In this document: positions 24,635 through 37,295 of the stretch, one piece after another
Position numbering within the stretch: the first letter of the stretch is position 1
Layout of the letters: each line of letters starts with the position of its first letter
DNA from: Macrostomum hystrix
Lineage: Eukaryota; Animalia; Platyhelminthes
Direction: 5' to 3'
DNA: 64,000 bases
NCBI GenBank assembly: GCA_950097015.1
Contig: CATNEN010000007.1
Span: 9,300,001 to 9,364,000, forward strand
The notes under the pieces: model-generated
Databases searched by the model: none
Told to the model about the DNA's origin: nothing
Seen by the model: the letters and a program-made list of their open reading frames with translations, nothing else
Made by a program: the position numbers and the translations under genes

Positions 24635-27600
24635 ATGCAAGAGTTGCAGGAGGTGCCAAGTCCGGCTGCCACTGACGCTGTCAACGAGGACAAGAGTCGG
24701 CAAGCCAGCGAGTTCCAGGCCGATCTCGTGCTGGCCTTTGGCGCATCAACAGAACCTGAGCGGCTGGCGGACCAGCAGACACTACTGGCCAAGCTGGCCA
24801 AGCTCGGCGTCGCCATTCAGCAGCACCCGCCGCCAGCCGCTGCCAGTCTGGTTGTTACCGCCGCCGGAGGTGCCGCTGCCACCTCCGGCTTCGTGCTGGT
24901 GCGAGCGCCGTTTCACCTACTGGCCACGCAGGCTGAAGCCAGCCGGTTGGAGATGCCGCTGGCACAGCAGCTGGAGGTCGACCCAGACGAGGCCGCATCC
25001 GAAGCCTCCTCAGCCAGGTCCATCAGTTGCCTGAAGACATTCGCCAGTGCGCCTGTGGCGGACTGCGACAAGGCACAAGATCGGTTGTTCTCGGCGCCGT
25101 TTCAGCTGACTCGCCTGGAGCTGTTCCTGAACTCGGCCGACCAGGAGAACTTCTTTTCGCCAGCTCAGCGCTCGCTAATCGCCTATGAAGCTCTGGCGCA
25201 GCAGCCGGAGTTCTCGCGCTGCTTAGCCACAGGTGAGGCTCGCTATTTAGATTTGAGGACGATTGAATGAAACTGCAGTTGGACTTACAGAGGCATATTA
25301 AGATTTTTCAAAGAATTATTTCCGATAAAGATTACAAAGAAAAAAGTCTGCTCAAAACATGATGAAATGGTTCGAAATTCCGAAATGCTGAACCTTTTCA
25401 GGAGCCCTGGCGGACTGCTATCCCATGCACTCGGATCCCGAGCGAGACGTTCTGCTGCGCACCTGGGCAAGCGCCCGGCACTTGTGGCGGCTCCAGCCGT
25501 TGCAGCTCGTGCGGCGCTACCTTGGCGAGAAGGTCGCCATGTACTTCGCCTGGCTCGGCTTCTACAACAAATGGATGGTGCCGCTTGCTTTGCTCGGCTG
25601 CTTGGCTTTTCTGTACGGACTGGCAACTGTTGCCGGGGACGACACTGCTGACGAGGTTTGCCGCGACGCGCGAATCGCCGACTTGCCACTGTGTCCGGCC
25701 TGCGACCGGGCCTGCGACTTCACGCGGCTGGGCCAGAGCTGCCTCTACTCCCGCCTGGTGCGCCTCTTTGACAACGAAGCCACCGTACTGCTGTCCGTGC
25801 TGACTGCCCTGTGGGCCGCCTGCCTCCTGGATTTCTGGCGGCGCCGGCAGGCCGAGCTGCAGCGTTGCTGGGAAGTGGCCGACCTGCGCCTGGAGCCCGC
25901 ACCCAGGCCGGAGTTCGTGCGCCGAGTCTTACTGAAGATGCTGAAGCACTCCAGGGCCGCAGAGGCAGACGGCAATGCAGCCAGCAATGCAGAGAGGGAG
26001 CTCGACGCCGAGGCGGATCCAGAGAGCCGGCGTCTGCTGCATGAGGGTCTGCCGCGGAGCAAGCAGGCTCCCCGGGTGTGCCTGAGCGCGGCCACCGTAG
26101 TGTTCATGCTGTGCCTGGTGCTGGCGGTGGTTGTTGGCATCATCGTGTACCGGCTGTGCATCCTGGCGGTGAGCTGTTGAAGGAGAGGAGACTATGTTTG
26201 ATTCAACCTGCTGACTCCCGAGTACGCACTCGGCGTGTTAAAGAGAAACCATGAGAAAGCCAGTGTGCTCTGCGGCATGGGCCGTGCCTGTACTTATCAG
26301 TCTGCGACTGCTTCAGAGTCGGGACGATGAGAAAAAATGTTGATTAACAGGTCGACAGTCGCCAAACGAAGCATCCCTATCATATGCGAATGATGACTTT
26401 GTTACGATCATGTCGCTCGCATTTTCAATTTGCGTATTTCTGTTTTCATACAATGAACTATATTACATTATGCACTTCTCTTCAGCAGCTTCTCTGACAA
26501 TCCCGAATCCCACTGTCGGCAGGTGCTGACCTCCCTGGACACGCTGCCCACCAGTCGCGCGCGCATCATCACTTCGCTGACCGCAGCCGTCCTGAATATG
26601 GTGTGCATCTTGTCGCTGAACATTCTCTACCGAAAGCTGGCGCTGCGCCTCACCGAGTTGGAGCTGCGGCGCACCGACGCCGGCTACGAAAACTCGTACA
26701 CTGTGAAGGTCTACTGCTTCCAGTTCGTCAACAACTACGCCTCCGTGTTCTACATCGCATTCTTCAAGGGCCAGTTCCACGGCCGGCCGGGCCATTATGC
26801 CCGGCTGTGGCTGGACGCCAGGCCGGAGGAGTGCGACCCGGCTGGCTGCATGGTGAGACCGCCGCCTCACATCTGGGCCCAGGGCTGACGGCGGGTGAAG
26901 AGAACAGGGGGTAGGGAGGGTGCGAGTGGGGGAGAGACTGCAGATAGACAGAGAATATGATATATTCGGACCCTAGGTACAAAAGGCATACCACGAATTT
27001 CTGGCAGGTGGAGCTGGTGATCCAGATGCTGGTGGTATTCGTTGTCAAACAGCTGCTGAACACGGCCACGGAGATGGGTCTGCCGACTATTAAGCGTCTC
27101 ATTGTTCAGCGGCTGCGGGCGCGTCGCCAGCTGACAGTGGAGGAAGCGGTAGCGGCGGCCAAGCAGCCGCAGTGGGAGGCGGACTGGACCTTGGCGCCTA
27201 CGGGCCGCCTGCAGCTGTTCGAGGAGTACCTGGAGATGGTGCTGCAGTTCGGCTTCCTCACACTATTCATGGCCGCCATGCCGCTGGCGCCGCTGTTCGC
27301 TCTGCTCAACAATGTGCTGGTGAGCTCGGCATTTCTTTGTGAACTCTTACCTCTTACTTGCATGAATTTATCATTTCACGTATTATTTTATATGTTCAAT
27401 AATAAAAATTATTTCTTATCAACACCCTACTGCAAGTAGGCCATAGACTAAACTGATGGCTGTGTTATTTCTAAAGGCTTAGTAAGATAGGAGTTCATGC
27501 ACAGAGAATAAGTGTGCCGTTGCACCGGGGATTGTCATCTGACTGCTCCCTCTCTCCTCAGCAGTGGTTTGGTCAGCAGCCATCTTGCCAGCAGAGATCA

Positions 27601-28186
27601 GGCCATAGACAATACAAACCCACAGGAGCTCCGTCTGGACGCCTGGAAGATGCTGCGCCTGATGCGCCGGCCACTGGCCAGACGCGCCAGCGACATCGGT
27701 GCTTGGGAGCAGATCCTGGCCAGCCTCGGCGCCTTCTCGCTCGTCACCAACGCCGTGGTGGTCGGCTTCACCTCCGAACAGGTGCCGCGCCTTGTCTACC
27801 GCCTGACAGCCAGCAACGGCAGCTTCGATGGCTACATCGAGTGGCGCCTTTCCAGCTTCAACACGGCCGATTTCGAGGCCGCCTCCCAGGTGGCCAACTC
27901 TAGCCTGGCCGTCTGCTACTACCGCGACTTCCGGCAGCCAGAATGGCCGTACAACTTTCGGCCGGATTACTGGCACGTCCTGGCAGCCCGCTTGGCCTTC
28001 GTGCTGGTGTTTGAGCACCTGGTGCTGGCCCTGCGCGCCCTGGTGCTGTGGCTCGTGCCCAGCGTGCCGCCCGGGGTGCGGCGCGACGTGCGGCGCGAGC
28101 GGCGCTTTCTGCGCCAGGCGCTGTTTCGACAGCTCGAGGAGGATGCCGAGGAAGAGGCCGGCGGGGAGGCGGTGGCGCTTGTCTGA
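24635..28186 (+). CDS. Anoctamin (TMEM16) family channel/scramblase; exons 24635-25232, 25402-26168, ~26486-26852, 27008-27319, 27626-28186
   Basis: Motifs FFSPAQRSLI, QPLQLVRRYLGEKVAMYFAWLGFY, LCPACDRAC, FQFVNNYASVFYIAFFKG, FEEYLEMVLQFGF, NNVLELRLDAWK (Ca2+-binding acidic residues present) and ARLAFVLVFEH. Confidence 0.95.
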
Positions 28187-28414
28187 GCTGCACGAACTGC
28201 TGGCTGAGGCAAGGATGTCTGAATGTTTTTCTGGGAGAAGTGCACATAATTTTTCTCAGTTTATGCTAACTTGCATGATGGTGTGGGCTTCGATGACGCA
28301 ACACTTGAGGAAAACTGCTGATGGAAGACTTTGAGAGATCGCGCGCAGAACTATCATCTGGTCGGTCGAGTGTTGCGTCTTCGTAGCTCGTATGGATAGT
28401 TATTCGCATGGCCC

Positions 28415-28750
28415 TAATAATAATAATTGCAGCAGGGCTGCGCGCAATGGCATCATTTGAGGAGGCAAATCTGCCCATTTCGCGGACTCCTGAGCACACA
28501 AGCACACAGATACTGTACGCAGGCACACGCTCACACAGGTTTGTACATCTGCCCTGACTTTATCATCGTCAGGCAGTGTACACTTTCACTGTGCCTTGGA
28601 GGTTGGCCCACAAGGGCGTAAATTGCACAAGTCCTCAAGCCTTCTCTCCGCGGCTACGCCCCAAATAAATGTGGCCTCGCCGTGTAATCGAGCTTAGGGA
28701 CCGTGGTGCGAGAGGCAAACGCGTTAACCGCTCTGCCACCGACCCCCTTT
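28415..28750 (-). mobile_element. tRNA-derived SINE (family B) with (ATT)n tail
   Basis: Minus-strand head GGGGTCGGTGGCAGAGCGGTTAACGCG. Homologous to 38490-38557 and 60757-61007. Confidence 0.75.
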
Positions 28751-29609
28751 CGCGTGGCCTTGGCTACAATGATTTTGATTTTGTCCTAATAAAAGCTTTG
28801 CACAAGTTTCACTTTTCTTATATTCACCAGGGCTTTTGCATCGAGATGCTCTTTCGAATTTTTTACTTTGACACATCGAAATTCCTGCCCATTCGAAATC
28901 TCGTAAATGGAATCTTTCTAGATTGCCAGCTGTTAGCCTTTTTAGTAAACTTTTTATTGCAGCTCTCAATGCTTAAAAGTTCCATGATATGCCTTTCCAA
29001 GTACAATTCTTAACCATTTTTGGTTTCTTTGCGAAGCCTCAGTTTAACTGCTCTCATTGCGAATTTTTATCAACTTACGAATATATAGGCACTCTTTACC
29101 AAATACGCATATTAATTTTGATAACCTTGATTATATCGAGTACTTAAATGCCATGTGCTGCTAACAGGCAACTCAGCTGTCCGTGCTTTGCCATGTCGAA
29201 TTCTACTTTTTTTACTCGTAAATACACCAAAAGGCGAGGTTTTATTACTTCACATCAAGGATGCTCATTCGCTTTCAAGGCCTTTATATAAATCAAGTTA
29301 AGAGGGCAGGTGAGGTAACAAGGTCCAGTTGAAGCAGTTATAATCAAAAGCCTTCTTAAATGACGCTTCTTAAAATAATTAATTTAATGAAAAAATTGGA
29401 AGCCGCAGGCGGTCAATGTTCTGAAACAGCGGTTAAAACGAAATCACTTACAAAAAACTGGTCAGATAGCACCGATCAATGCCAAAATAGAATGGAAGTT
29501 TTCTCAAAGCAAACAGCGAATTGTGTTGCAGCACCAGCAGCTCTGCGCAGGAGCAGAGCGACACAATATAAACAAATATAAGTTCACAGTAAAATGCAAA
29601 ATAGCATCT

Positions 29610-30205
29610 GCGGGGGACTGCGGGACTGCGGAGAGAGCGGAGGAGAGGGGACTGCGGAGAGAGCGGAGGAGAGGGGACTGCGGAGAGAGCGGAGGAGAGG
29701 GGACTGCGGAGAGAGCGGAGGAGAGGGGACTGCGGAGAGAGCGGGGGAGAGGGGACTGCGGGCAGAGCGGGGGAGAGGGGACTGCGGAGAGAGCGGGGGA
29801 GCGGGGACTGCGGGGAGAGGGGACTGTGGGGAGAGGGGACTGCGGCGAGAGGGGACTGTGGGGAGAGGGGACTGCGGCGAGAGGGGACTGCGGGAGAGGG
29901 GACTGCAGGGAGAGGGGACTGCGGGGAGAGAGGACTGCGGCGAGAGGGGACTGCGGGGAGAGGGGACTGCGGGGAGAGGGGACTGCGGGGAGAGGGGACT
30001 GCGGGGAGAGGGGACTGCGGAGAGAGCGGGGGAGGGGGAGAGGGGACTGCAGAGAGAGCGGGGGAGAGGGGACTGTGGAGAGAGCGGGGGAGAGGGGAGT
30101 GCAGAGAGAGCAGGGGAGAGGGGACTGCGGAGAGAGCGGGGGGAGAGGGGACTGCGGGCAGAGCGGGGGAGAGGGGACTGCAGAGAGCGGAAGAGAGGAG
30201 ACTGT
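29610..30205. repeat. Purine/G-rich compound minisatellite (GAGAGGGGACTGCGG...)
   Basis: Visible irregular tandem units. The overlapping ORFs are low-complexity artefacts. Confidence 0.95.
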
Positions 30206-30417
30206 GAAGAGAGAGAGCATAATTATTGTCAAAGCATCAGATTATAAAGTAAGCAATAAAAGCTCAGAAAAGGAGCATAAAGCAGCTGGTTGAAATTTTC
30301 AGTGTGTATGTTAGCTGTAATCAATGTTAAGGAATGTGCCAAGCGAAATAAAACTCAGATAGTACTCGCAGTAGTCTCAGTGTAAAAGGCAGTTAAATTG
30401 GCAGAAAATCAGCCCAA

Positions 30418-30849
30418 TCAGACGCCAGTCGTTGCGACAGCGGCGGCGTAATTCGGCGGCAGCACTTCGTCATCTTCAGGCCCGCCGACATCACCTCCGC
30501 TGGGGACAGCTACACCGACAATCTCGCTGTAGGATGGCGGCAGGTAGCTGGGGTGCAGCTGGGATACGTGCGGCGCCGACAGCTCCGTCTGCGCCCGCTG
30601 GTTGGCAAAGCGGCTCTGCCGTTCGCTCATGCGGGCCTGGTAGGTGCGCTCGGCAAAGATCACATGACTGTACAGGTGGCCGGTCAGGTCCGGCTGGAAG
30701 TCGCTGGGCAAGGCTCGCGGCGGCCGCTGGTGGTGACGCCGCCAAGCGAAGCGGGAGCCGAGGCAGAAGCAGGTGAGGCAAACGATGATGCCGATCACGG
30801 CCAGGCAGAGCAGCACAGCGAATAGCGCGTAGGTCCATTCTAACGACAT
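30418..30849 (-). CDS. Small single-pass membrane protein with PPxY motifs (WBP1/VOPP1-like architecture)
   Basis: MSLEWTYALFAVLLCLAVIGIIVCLTCFCLG gives a TM with juxtamembrane Cys, followed by basic residues, LPPSYSE and LPPNYAA. Confidence 0.7.
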   Translation of the reverse strand: MSLEWTYALFAVLLCLAVIGIIVCLTCFCLGSRFAWRRHHQRPPRALPSDFQPDLTGHLYSHVIFAERTYQARMSERQSRFANQRAQTELSAPHVSQLHPSYLPPSYSEIVGVAVPSGGDVGGPEDDEVLPPNYAAAVATTGV

Positions 30850-31099
30850 GGGACCGGGGGCGGCGAGGCGCTGGCTGCTCCTACGGCTGCTCACCTGGGC
30901 GCTGAAAGGAAGTGAGGCAGGCCTGCGCTGGAGACCGATGAGCTCGCGGTGGGGGGCGGGGACAGTTGCGCAATCTGCGCAAATATGAGTGCCGAGCCCG
31001 AAAGCATAAGTACGGGCTCTGGGCTCAAAGATTTATCATGTGGACGCAGCCTAATGGGAATAATGGGGCCAATGCTCGGCATTGGTTGTAGCCCCAATA

Positions 31100-31175
31100 G
31101 AGCTCGCAGCCCGTAGTATGAGCATCGGACTAATGACCGAGAGGTCGGGAGTTCGATTCTCGATTCCCAGAGAAA
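31100..31175 (+). mobile_element. tRNA-like SINE head fragment
   Basis: B box GAGTTCGATTC preceded by GAGAGGTCGG, similar to other SINE heads in the window. Confidence 0.5.
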
Positions 31176-31395
31176 CCAAATTGTCCATTGTCCTATTTGT
31201 CCACGGCTCACAAGTAAAAGGCCTTAAGACATTGGTATTAAAACAAAATACACAAACTACGCATGATTTATTCGACATAAAAACATAACAAATGTTTAGA
31301 TAATACAATAACAAACACGCAATTGCTCAGAGAAGATCCACAGTGCAGGTTAGCAAAGCTGCAAATGATTGCATTGCAGGACCAGCAGCCAGCTG

Positions 31396-32383
31396 CTAGG
31401 CCAGGCGCAGCAGGAAGGGCTGGCGCCAGCAGCGAAGCACAATCCTGTAACTGCCATTTGGCAGCACCCGGCCGTGCAGCAGGCGCACCTGCTTCACCAT
31501 GGCCAGGTTGTCCTGCCAGCTGGTTGCTATGGCAACTGAGTCGCCGATGGCGCAGGCGGTGCCCTTCTTCAGCGTCTTCTGCCCGTTGATGTACATGTGG
31601 CCCTGCAGGCACAGCTGGTCAACCCGGCTCTTAGAGAGGCCGGTGCCGAGGCTGGCCAGCTTGGCAGCGCGGAGACTCTTGCAGGTGAAAGCCTGCACCT
31701 GGCGGCGGGGTTGGACAGCTTGTCATGGATTTTATCTAGTCTATTTTATTTTGATTCGATTTTAATTCTCCTAGGCACTTAGAGATTGCAACCCTGTGGT
31801 TGGAGCTTCTGACCTACACTTAGTTCCCTAGGTGTGTTGTGGTGGCCTTCACATTGCACGGACTGAACAGCTGTATGCAGCCTTCGGTCATTGCGTTGCT
31901 GCGGCTGTCTGGGCCAACTGGGATAGGTGCTAGTTCAGATCTCTAAAATATTTCTATACATCTATCTATTTATATCTATTTGTATCGAATCCCATTTTCC
32001 TGTCTCTCAAATTACAGTTCCCATATTTCTGATATTCGCCAAGCTCCAACCTTGAATTTGTCGCATAGGCTGACATCTTCCGCATAATAGGGATCACTAA
32101 GCTCGTCGAATTCCTCATCGTCCTCGTATTCATCTTCATCGTCATCAGAATCTTCGTCATCATCTCGGCCCTTAGCCGAGTGCGGCGAGTGCTTGGACTT
32201 CAACCGGCGCTGCTGCGGTAGCGGCGGCTGCAGACGATCGACTTTGGCAGACAAAGCTGAGAAAGTCCGGAGTGGCTGCAGCAGCGACAGAGGACGCCGA
32301 TGAGCCGCTAGCACTGCGCCATAGGCGACCTGGCGGGCACCAGCTGCCAGAGATGGCAGCAGGCGGGTACAACGAGTGCACAG
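31396..32383 (-). CDS. MTRES1: Mitochondrial transcription rescue factor 1-like (S4 RNA-binding domain); exons 32383-32051, 31698-31396; no genomic ATG
   Basis: Arg/Leu/Ser-rich presequence, an acidic tract, then S4-like SLRAAKLASLGTGLSKSRVDQLCLQGHMYINGQKTLKKGTACAIGDSV and YRIVLRCW, matching the C6orf203/MTRES1 layout. One phase-0 intron. Confidence 0.8.
31790..31925 (+). mobile_element. Internally deleted SINE family A copy in the MTRES1 intron
   Basis: CCCTGTGGTTGGAGC head and GGACTGAACAGCTGTATGCAGCC...GCTGCGGCTGT body. Confidence 0.6.
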
Positions 32384-34785
32384 CTGAAATGGTGGCAGTT
32401 GGTATTAGATGCTGACAGGATTAACCCTGAATTCAGCTGATTGATTGCTTGCACTAGTTGTTAACATACAATAAATGCCTATAAATATCCCATATCAGAA
32501 CATCAAAACATTATGTTTAAACTGCTTAAAAATAGTAATATACAATCATCCAATGATATTGTAAGGCTAGAGATTAGCTAGAGATTTATCAGATTAGGAG
32601 GTATTGTAAATCTATATTTAGAAACTATCAACCTGACTGAAGCTCTGATTTTTTGCTTACAATGCCTTAATACAAGCCATATAAATTTGTACTACTAATG
32701 AGTTAAACAAAATTTTTGAAATAATAAACAAAACATTTAAATGTTTATCATATTGATACTAGAATCATTATAGTATAAAATAATGACACTTTCAGTTAAG
32801 CTCAGTGTCATTAAATATATTTATAAAATATATAAAAAATGTAATTAGGCCTACTTAAAAAGTGAATTTCCATATAGTATCACCTAACCAAAATGTATAT
32901 CAGAAGCAACTTAGCTACATTTTCTTAATATAATTGTTAGGGTTAGTGTAAGCCAATTAGCAAGCCAGTTTTTTATAAAGAATTGAAATTATTTCAATCA
33001 AATAGTAACCAAGATACTGATGCAAACTAGGATCCTAATCCAATATATATATCTAGGAAAAGGTATTAAGTTGATTTTGACTTTGCAGACTATATTAAGT
33101 AGCTAGAACAACATTTTAGCATTGGGCTAGTTGTTTTATAGCTACAATTATTTATGTGAAAATAGTTTTATCCTATTTCCTTTCATTAAGTTATCATTTC
33201 TTATTGCAGAGCAGTCACATATATGGGCCTATATATATTGTGCCAACCTCCATGAGGTTGATCCTACATTATTTAGACCATATTAAATTGGGGCTAGGGG
33301 CTCAAAGTCAAAACCTATTGCAGCTTGAGGATTGAGGGCTAACCTCCAAGAAGAGTAGCCTAGTAGTGTACACCACCTGAAGATAAGAAATTCAGAGCAA
33401 ATAACTCATGTGATAATGAGTGTTGGGCTGTTGGCCTGCATAAAGTAGGGCCTATCTGATGAATATGGGTGTGTGTGCATGCATGTTTGTGCTCAAGATT
33501 CAGCAGAATAGCAGAATTGCCTCCTTTATTTCTAGAGTTTCTGGCTGCCGCTGCAGGTCTACTCTCACCAATGATGTGATAATTATTTCCTGAGTATTGT
33601 ATCTTATTTAGTTATTATGTGTCTTAATAATATTAATATCGTTGTCACAAATTAAAATATGCTATAATAGCCATTATACCTTCTATGTATTCTTAAATCA
33701 TTCAAGCTCAATAGTATATAATATCATTTCATTTTATCCTTATTGTGAAAAATACATGCTACGACTAAAAGTACTGACGCGATGTGCAATGTAAATGTAA
33801 AATGTACAAGCTTTTTATTTCCTTCAATAGTAAATTAGGAATGAAAAAAACGAGTTTTTGAGAGTAAGAATAATACTTGACATATTGTTATATAGGATGC
33901 GGTGAACTCATTACTATCGCATGAACATGTTTTAAACTTTCATTTTAGCCCGTTTATTCTAGAGTCGTCGAATCTTTGAAACATGTAAATTCAAATTCAA
34001 GAAATCTAAAGCTGCTCGAGCTATGAAATAAAATAAAATATAATTATAATTAGGCCTAAGACTTTTTACTTGTCTCAGTCCATATTATTGGCAGCTGATA
34101 AATCATATTTACGTTTGTTATTGTTATAAAATGTGTGTACTAACATTAAAGTTGTACAATATAAGCCCGTGAAGCACTGTAACTCTATGCGATATTTTTT
34201 TCACCTGTTCTTTAAAATTATAAATAGGAAAGTACCTGGCTTATTCCCAACACTCGGTAGAAAGCAACTCTGTGGTACTCTAAAATAAATAATATAGATG
34301 ACTGTGCCAGTTTTGACTGCCATATCCCGGCTACTCATCAGCAAAGCCCACTCTCTTTTTTTCTTTTCTTTTTCTGTACCTCGACCGAAAGCTAGGGCAC
34401 CCACGTCTTTGTTATAGTGCGGCAGTTGATGCCCTCATGATACAGACAACGTTAATGCGAAAGCGCATATATTTCTGAGATTAGTAATTTTTTAATTACT
34501 TTAACTGACGCTGAAGAAGAGGTCCTTTACGCGCTGGTCATATACGCAGCTTCGCTGCTTGTGTCGTTAGGAGGAATTCTAGTGCGCTTTAAAAGAACTT
34601 TTGTTAGTTGACTTTTTTAAATGCTCAAAGTATTACGTCATGTAATATTTATAGTAACTTTTCGACTTAATAAAGTACTAAATATTGCTAACAAACAATG
34701 CAAAGTCATCTATTCTTATGTAGCCACGGCCCTATAGTTTAATTGATTCGCGTTTTACGAGGATTAAAAGTCAGTTCGCTGGTTT

Positions 34786-34964
34786 CAGTGGCGTAGCTAG
34801 AAGGGGGGATACGGGGATATATCCCCTAGCGGCAGAAAAATTGTGGGAGAGTTGAAAGGGGGGAGGGAGTATTACCATGCATTAAAATACAGTCTATTTT
34901 TTTAATTGTTCGTTTAACTTTTTTTCATTTATCCCCCCATCGAAAATTCCTAGCTACGCCACTG
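34786..34964. mobile_element. hAT-type MITE
   Basis: Perfect 15-bp TIR CAGTGGCGTAGCTAG / CTAGCTACGCCACTG, with an 8-bp TSD GCTGGTTT / GCTGGTTC. Confidence 0.88.
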
Positions 34965-36797
34965 GCTGGTTCCATTAGGAAAGTGTGACGAAATTAACGG
35001 CAGACAGAGTCAGGCGGAAGTTTAATATTCCAATTAGAGTCCAGAGTTCGCGTAATCTAGTGTAGCGGTAGCACTTTATCTTTATGTATTATCACTGAGA
35101 CACACGACAAGCAATATAATTAAAGTCAGGTGCAGGAGCTCAATGATGACGATGCAATAGAGAAGACAGCGGATGACAGTAGATAGGTAATGACAGAACG
35201 AAACACTCGGCAGAACAGTGGGTAAGTAGGTCGCAGTGAAAGTAACAGTGGCCGGGACAAGAGCAGTGACAAAAGGGGTGGGCCGGTTGCGGCACGGGCG
35301 GGCCCAGGGGCCTAGTTAAATAAGCTAGCCCGCGGTAAAAACAGGGCGATCGATAATCTAGAGAACCAGAGCACGCACGCTCATTGGCTGAGAGAATTGA
35401 CATTAATGCAACTGCGAGATAAGTTTAGGGATAGCGCGATGTGCACGTTGGCGTTTACTTACAGTAACAATCTAAGAAATATACGGAATTGCAAAGTTGG
35501 TGACAGTGTAATTACATTTGTTAAACGGCCCAATTCAGTACCACATAAATTTAAACTTCAAAGGGGCTCTTGCAGTAAGTGACAACATCACAAAAGCTTC
35601 AAGAGGAACTACTAATTCACAAGCAAATCAAATCCAGCACGAAAATCAAAATTGATCGCCATTTTTTGGACCTCTCATGAACTCCTAATGTAGTCGTTAC
35701 TGCTGTAGTCGCATGTTTGATCCAGTACCTATTCATACGAACAGGTACACCATAGATTTTAGTGAATGCAACATTAACCTTTATTACTAATTATTTAGTA
35801 CCTTGACAGCGTGGATCATCGTGTCTAAAAAGGCATTTCAGCGTTGTAAACAACCTGCAAAAAATGAGTCAGACCAATTCAGAGGGAAACATTAAGGAGG
35901 TCATGCAGTTCGGAATACTTCTAGCCATCCATTTGGAGCGAATCTGCACAGGCAGGCCTCTGCCTATTTCCCAGTGCGTTGAAGTCAGCTGTGCAGCATC
36001 TGCAGTTAAAAAGTCGCCTTGCACACAGTTGAACGGACCAAACAAAGCGCACGAAAGTCAGTTTTTATATAATGCCTGCCCGTTGCCTTCCCCCCGCTGC
36101 CTCAGCCATACCATCGACTAATTCCATAATTGGCCTCGTATTTTTGGTGCCTGAAACGAACGAACTTGTGCCTCTTTTTGATCGGGATACCGAAATCCTA
36201 AGAATCGTACAATGCATGCATTTTGCGCGGCACACACGCCGTTGCGGCTAGCTAGGGCTGTAGATGCATTTTAAATAGCGCCGCAACCAGAAAAATCCGG
36301 TTTAGGTCAGGCCGAGGCGGTCTGTTCCACACAGTTATCAGTGCGCCATGCAGCCCTCTAGAGAGAACGGAGAGACGGGGCATTCAGGCACCGGGTCTGT
36401 CGGAGCGCCCCCTTGGGCTTCTTGGGTCAGTAAGTCCCGGCTGTTTCTCTCGCTTCTTGTGGGCTCGCTCGAACACCCGGCGGGGGAGGGCGGAATTTCA
36501 TTGGCGTATGACTAGCGATCGAGCCCAACCGCGGTGCATGGGAATTGGAAAGCGACCCAATCCCTCACCCCCTCGTCGCTATGGGCTGGCGGACCGGGGA
36601 GGGAATCGTGCGAAAAGATGCAAATGGCTGGAAACCCAGAAGAGAGAGCGACCGATTCGCAGCGGATAAGACGTCGAACTAAGTAACTTAGGCAGGCGAG
36701 GGAGCGTGGTCGCTGGCTAGTTCCGCAACATCTCGAGAAAGAATCCCGAGGGATCACTGAATTGGTCGCTAGTCGGACAGAATCGTTCAGCTCAGGA

Positions 36798-37295
36798 ATG
36801 GAGCAACAGCAGAAGCAGTCTGGCGCCAGTGTAGAGGAGGTCGAGAGAAGGTCGAGCCAGTGCTCGCCAGCGGTGTGTATCCTCAGTGTGTGCCTCTGCC
36901 TGGTGCTCTTGGCGCTGATTGTAGTGACGGGCCTGCACACGCACACCAAGCTGCAGGAGGCCGACGGTGGCGTCAGCAGTAATGCCATCAGCTGCCCGGC
37001 GATGCCAGATCTGCCCGCCAATCCGGTGCAGAAGAGTCGCGTTTTCTTGGTCACCGTTGGCACTGGCGGCGGTGGTGGCGGCGGCGGTGGTGCCTGCGCC
37101 GACTGGTACGGCTACGCATGTCCCGCAAAGAACTTTTCGAGACAGGTGAACGTCACTTCCTCGCAGATGGTGCTGCTGAGCCTAGCCAAGAGTGCATGCA
37201 CACAAGATGGTGAGGCGGTGGACTTACTCCTCCGAGCTTTCTTCAACGTCACAAACGTCAATGCGGACCTGATTAAGCCAGTGTTTAAGTGCTGA
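36798..37295 (+). CDS. Hypothetical type-II membrane protein (possibly only a 5' exon)
   Basis: GC-rich, coding-like ORF with TM VCILSVCLCLVLLALIVVTG, a poly-Gly run and ACADWYGYAC; AATAAA at ~37303. Confidence 0.5.
   Translation: MEQQQKQSGASVEEVERRSSQCSPAVCILSVCLCLVLLALIVVTGLHTHTKLQEADGGVSSNAISCPAMPDLPANPVQKSRVFLVTVGTGGGGGGGGGACADWYGYACPAKNFSRQVNVTSSQMVLLSLAKSACTQDGEAVDLLLRAFFNVTNVNADLIKPVFKC

Noticed and set aside
29504-30293. Long ORFs over the G-rich repeat, and ORFs at 13266-13586, 59922-60251 and 61954-62314
   Set aside because: They are translations of tandem repeats and are open in several frames.
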